Shown: positions 61,619 to 64,000 of the stretch, in pieces
Numbering within the stretch: the first letter of the stretch is position 1
How the letters are laid out: the number at the start of each line of letters is the position of its first letter
NCBI GenBank assembly: GCA_028278065.1
Contig: JANQFA010000038.1
Span: 2,497-66,496, forward strand
Source: Myxococcota bacterium
Lineage (GTDB): Bacteria > Myxococcota_A > UBA9160 > JAFDET01
Reading direction: 5' to 3'
DNA: 64,000 bases
Made by a program: the position numbers and the translations under genes
Notes under the pieces: generated by a model
What the model was told of the DNA's origin: nothing
Databases searched by the model: none
Seen by the model: only the letters and a program-made list of their open reading frames with translations

Positions 61619-62641
61619 GTGAAGGCACTGGTACTCGGTGGATCGCAGTTCGTCGGCCTCCACACCGTACGTGAGCTCCTGGGCCGGGGACACGACGTCA
61701 CCGTCCTGAACCGTGGCCGGACCGAGACCTCCCTGCCCCCCGAGGTCGGGCGACTCGTGGCCGATCGGCGCGACAGCGAGTCGATGCGCGCCGCCCTCGC
61801 CGGCAAGGACTGGGACGCGGTCTTCGACGTGTCGGGCTTCGTGATGGCCGCGATGGGCTCGAACGTGTCGGATCTCGTCGACCTCCTCGACGGGCGGGTC
61901 GGCGCGTACGTGTACACGAGCTCGATCATGGCCTACGCGCCTTCCGGGGTGTTCCCCTGGGACGAGAGCTTCCCAACGGTCGATGAAGGCCCCAACACGT
62001 ACGGGGGCTTCAAGAAGGCGACCGAGGAGATCCTGCTCGAGAGGCACGAACGCACCGGCTTCCCTGCCTCGGTGGTGCGCCCGGCCGCGATCTACGGTCC
62101 CGACAACAACATCTACGACATGGAGATGTCGTACTTCCTGCGCCTGCTGCGCGGGCTCCCCATCATCCTCCCTCACGAAGGTCTGGTGACCGGCTCCTAC
62201 GGCCACGTCGACGACCTGTGCCGGGCGATGGTCGACATGGCGACCCACTCCAGCGCGCCCGGCGAGATCTTCAACATCACGGCCGAGGGGGTCGTTGCGA
62301 AGGAGTACATCGCGGTCCTGAGCGAGATCGTCGGAAAGCCTGCAGACGTCCTCTTCATGCCCTCGAAGTACGTGGGAACGCTCGAGAAGCCGGCCTACAG
62401 CCACCTCTTCGGCTCCTTCCACCACGCCGTCCTGAGCACCGAGAAGGCCCGGAACCGGCTGGGCTTCAGGCCGGAGTACGACTTCCGCAGCGGCCATGCG
62501 CACACCTTCCAGTGGTTCATCGACTCGGGCCTCGACCGCATCGAGACGGCACCGACGGACCCCCTCTGGTTCGCCACCTACGACTTCGAGTACGAGGCCC
62601 GGCTCGCCGCAACCCTGCGGGCCGAGCAGGACCCTGGGTGA
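61619..62641 (+). CDS. NAD-dependent epimerase/dehydratase (extended SDR) family protein
   Basis: 340 aa from GTG 61619 (VKALVLGGSQFVGLHTVRELLGRGHDV). Contains the YxxxK-type segment YGGFKKATEE. Confidence 0.85.
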   Translation: MKALVLGGSQFVGLHTVRELLGRGHDVTVLNRGRTETSLPPEVGRLVADRRDSESMRAALAGKDWDAVFDVSGFVMAAMGSNVSDLVDLLDGRVGAYVYTSSIMAYAPSGVFPWDESFPTVDEGPNTYGGFKKATEEILLERHERTGFPASVVRPAAIYGPDNNIYDMEMSYFLRLLRGLPIILPHEGLVTGSYGHVDDLCRAMVDMATHSSAPGEIFNITAEGVVAKEYIAVLSEIVGKPADVLFMPSKYVGTLEKPAYSHLFGSFHHAVLSTEKARNRLGFRPEYDFRSGHAHTFQWFIDSGLDRIETAPTDPLWFATYDFEYEARLAATLRAEQDPG

Positions 62642-62647
62642 ACCACC

Positions 62648-62662
62648 AGAGAGAGAGAGAGA
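62648..62662 (+). repeat. (AG)7A dinucleotide tract acting as, or overlapping, the Shine-Dalgarno region
   Basis: agagagagagagaga lies within the 25-nt gap between the epimerase stop (62641) and the SnoaL start (62667). Confidence 0.7.
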
Positions 62663-62666
62663 CGAG

Positions 62667-63074
62667 ATGGCGGGAGAAGCCGAGATCGAGATCGCGAAGA
62701 AGCTCTTCGCTGCCTGGAGCAGCGGCGACGCGGATGCGCCCCGTGAATTTCTCACCGAGGATGCGGTGCTCTACGACATCGTCGCGGGCACCCCGAAGGA
62801 GGGCTGGCCCGCCATTCGCGAGTTCTTCGGAAAGACCCTGGAGATGTCGCAGGGCCTCGTCCTGGCGCCCCAGGAGTTCTGGGTCAACGAGCGAGGCGTG
62901 GCGGTGAGCTGGATCATGAGCGCCGTCGCAGGCGACCTGTTCGGCCCCGAGGCCAGCGGGAAGAGCTGGCGCACGGAGGGGATGTCGACCCTCGAGTTCC
63001 GGGACGGCAAGGTGTGCCGCGAGGTGGACTACCACCACGGCCCCAACGTGCTCCGCTCGCTGGGGCTGGCATAG
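62667..63074 (+). CDS. NTF2-like (SnoaL-type) protein
   Basis: 135 aa. The N-terminus IAKKLFAAWSSGDADAPREFLTEDAVLYD is typical of SnoaL-like cones. Confidence 0.8.
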   Translation: MAGEAEIEIAKKLFAAWSSGDADAPREFLTEDAVLYDIVAGTPKEGWPAIREFFGKTLEMSQGLVLAPQEFWVNERGVAVSWIMSAVAGDLFGPEASGKSWRTEGMSTLEFRDGKVCREVDYHHGPNVLRSLGLA

Positions 63075-63172
63075 CGCAGGGTCCTGCACGCTCGCGGCGG
63101 TGTCGCCGAGCATTGGAGGCCGACGTGTCGCTGCGTTAGGCTCCGTTCCTACTCACGCTCCGGAGTCCGCAC

Positions 63173-63685
63173 ATGCCCCAGTTCAACTACGACGACGTCA
63201 CCGAGTACGGCCTCGACCCGGAAGTCCGCGAGGAGATCCTGCAGAAGCAGATCGAGTGCACGTTCATCTGGGGTCCGAAGGACCACTGGGCCGTGGGCGT
63301 GCTGATGACCTACATCTGGAAGGACGGACGCTTCTGGGTCAGCGCCACCAGCCAGCGCAAGCGCATCGCCGCCATCCGGCGCGATCCCCGTGTCTCCATC
63401 GTGGTGTCGAGCCACGGAACCGACCTGGGGCCTGCCAAGGGAATCACCGCGAAGGGCCGCGCGATCATCCACGACGACCAGGAGACCAAGGACTGGTTCT
63501 ACCCGGCGTGTGCCGCCGTGAACATCCCCACGCCCGGCAAGCTGCAGGATGCCTTCGCCCAGATGATGGATACCGAGCGCCGCCTGGTCATCGAGGTGGT
63601 TCCGGAGAAGTGGATCACCTTCGACGCCACCAAGATGATGATGGCGTCGATCGAGGCCTGGAAGAAGGAGGGGATCCTCGACTGA
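63173..63685 (+). CDS. Pyridoxamine-5'-phosphate-oxidase-like (PPOX-class, possibly F420-dependent) split-barrel protein
   Basis: 170 aa. Blocks IECTFIWGPKDHWAVGVLMTYIWKDGRFWVSATSQRKRIAAIRRDPRVSIVV fit the PPOX split beta-barrel. Confidence 0.8.
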   Translation: MPQFNYDDVTEYGLDPEVREEILQKQIECTFIWGPKDHWAVGVLMTYIWKDGRFWVSATSQRKRIAAIRRDPRVSIVVSSHGTDLGPAKGITAKGRAIIHDDQETKDWFYPACAAVNIPTPGKLQDAFAQMMDTERRLVIEVVPEKWITFDATKMMMASIEAWKKEGILD

Positions 63686-63703
63686 CCCGCGCTGCTCGGG
63701 TCA
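63683..63703. terminator. Hairpin spanning two convergent stop codons (possible bidirectional terminator)
   Basis: TGACCCG-CGCTGCT-CGGGTCA forms a 7-bp stem whose arms contain the TGA of the PPOX gene and the TGA (reverse) of the kinase gene. There is no U-tract. Confidence 0.35.
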
Positions 63704-64000
63704 GAGGATCTTGTCCGCCAGGCGCTTCAGGGCGGAGAGGTGGATGCAGGTCCCGATCGCCAGCAGGTTGGGTGCCAGGTACTGGCGACGGATGAAGATG
63801 CCGAGGGCGGTCTGGTCGATGCAAGCGCCCTTGTAGAGATTGAGCGCGATCCAGTACCCGAGCCGTTCCGGATCGAGCTCGACGCCCACCGCGTCGGCCA
63901 GGTAGGCGACCCACGACGCCTCGTCCATGATTCCCATCCCGCGCATGGAGATCAGGTAGGCCCAGTCCTCTTCCGGATCGCCCAGATGCGCGAACTCCCA
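63701..64000 (-). CDS. APH-like phosphotransferase family protein, C-terminal part; the gene starts beyond the window end
   Basis: The reverse frame is open to 64000. Translation ...WEFAHLGDPEEDWAYLISMRGMGIMDEASWVAYLADAVG... contains the DWE...GDP kinase-fold segment. The track lists only the internal Met ORF 63701-63946. Confidence 0.7.
   Translation of the reverse strand, partial: WEFAHLGDPEEDWAYLISMRGMGIMDEASWVAYLADAVGVELDPERLGYWIALNLYKGACIDQTALGIFIRRQYLAPNLLAIGTCIHLSALKRLADKIL

Noticed and set aside
1-64000. A scan for rRNA, tRNA, CRISPR repeats, transposases, integrases, phage genes, toxin-antitoxin pairs and long direct or inverted DNA repeats.
   Set aside because: None were recognised. 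The only duplicated content is at protein-paralogue level (the 339-aa pair, S1/S2, the CoA-transferases, SDRs and LLMs), with no flanking repeats suggesting mobility. A computational tRNA/ncRNA scan would be needed to exclude small RNAs.

Overview
GC-rich bacterial chromosomal segment. Third codon positions are mostly G/C, and the ORF track contains many long spurious antisense ORFs. I call 62 tightly packed protein-coding genes, two of them truncated by the window edges. By eye I found no rRNA, tRNA, CRISPR array, transposase or integrase. All functional calls come from motif recognition by eye; no database search was run. Many junctions are stop/start overlaps (ATGA, GTGA, TGATG, TAGTG), which suggests translational coupling. 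From 1 to 20 kb the content is mixed: a BVMO-DDN-LLM operon, a csoR-copA copper-efflux unit with a palindromic operator, patatin / PHP-like / DUF900-like hydrolases, an MscS-family channel, a cupin plus two Gfo/Idh/MocA oxidoreductases, and a beta-CASP MBL + M14-like + FAD-monooxygenase operon. From 20.9 to 64 kb lies a very dense catabolic island for a hydrophobic CoA-activated substrate, possibly terpenoid, apocarotenoid or steroid-like. It holds 8 classical SDR-type genes (two with degenerate catalytic motifs) plus one extended SDR, 2 acyl-CoA ligases, 2 fused double-domain family III CoA-transferases and 2 adjacent acyl-CoA dehydrogenases. It also holds an enoyl-CoA hydratase, a MaoC-like double hot-dog hydratase, a FadH-like Fe-S flavoenzyme, a carotenoid-cleavage-type oxygenase, a WS/DGAT acyltransferase, 4 LLM oxidoreductases, DDN/PPOX deazaflavin-type enzymes, 3 NTF2/SnoaL proteins, a VOC protein, 2 APH-like kinases and one TetR regulator. 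No thiolase is present. The most unusual items are these. (i) A four-gene cassette in which two tandem CrtI/phytoene-desaturase-family flavoenzymes are bracketed by two small paralogous proteins sharing a WSKGLGK N-terminus (47340-51607). (ii) Two colinear 339-aa paralogues of unknown family, about 71% identical, each embedded among SDR and NTF2 genes (28546-29565 and 54584-55603). (iii) A ten-gene, 14-kb coupled operon (32979-47235) containing an amidohydrolase_2 member whose expected metal ligands appear substituted. The host taxon cannot be determined from this window.
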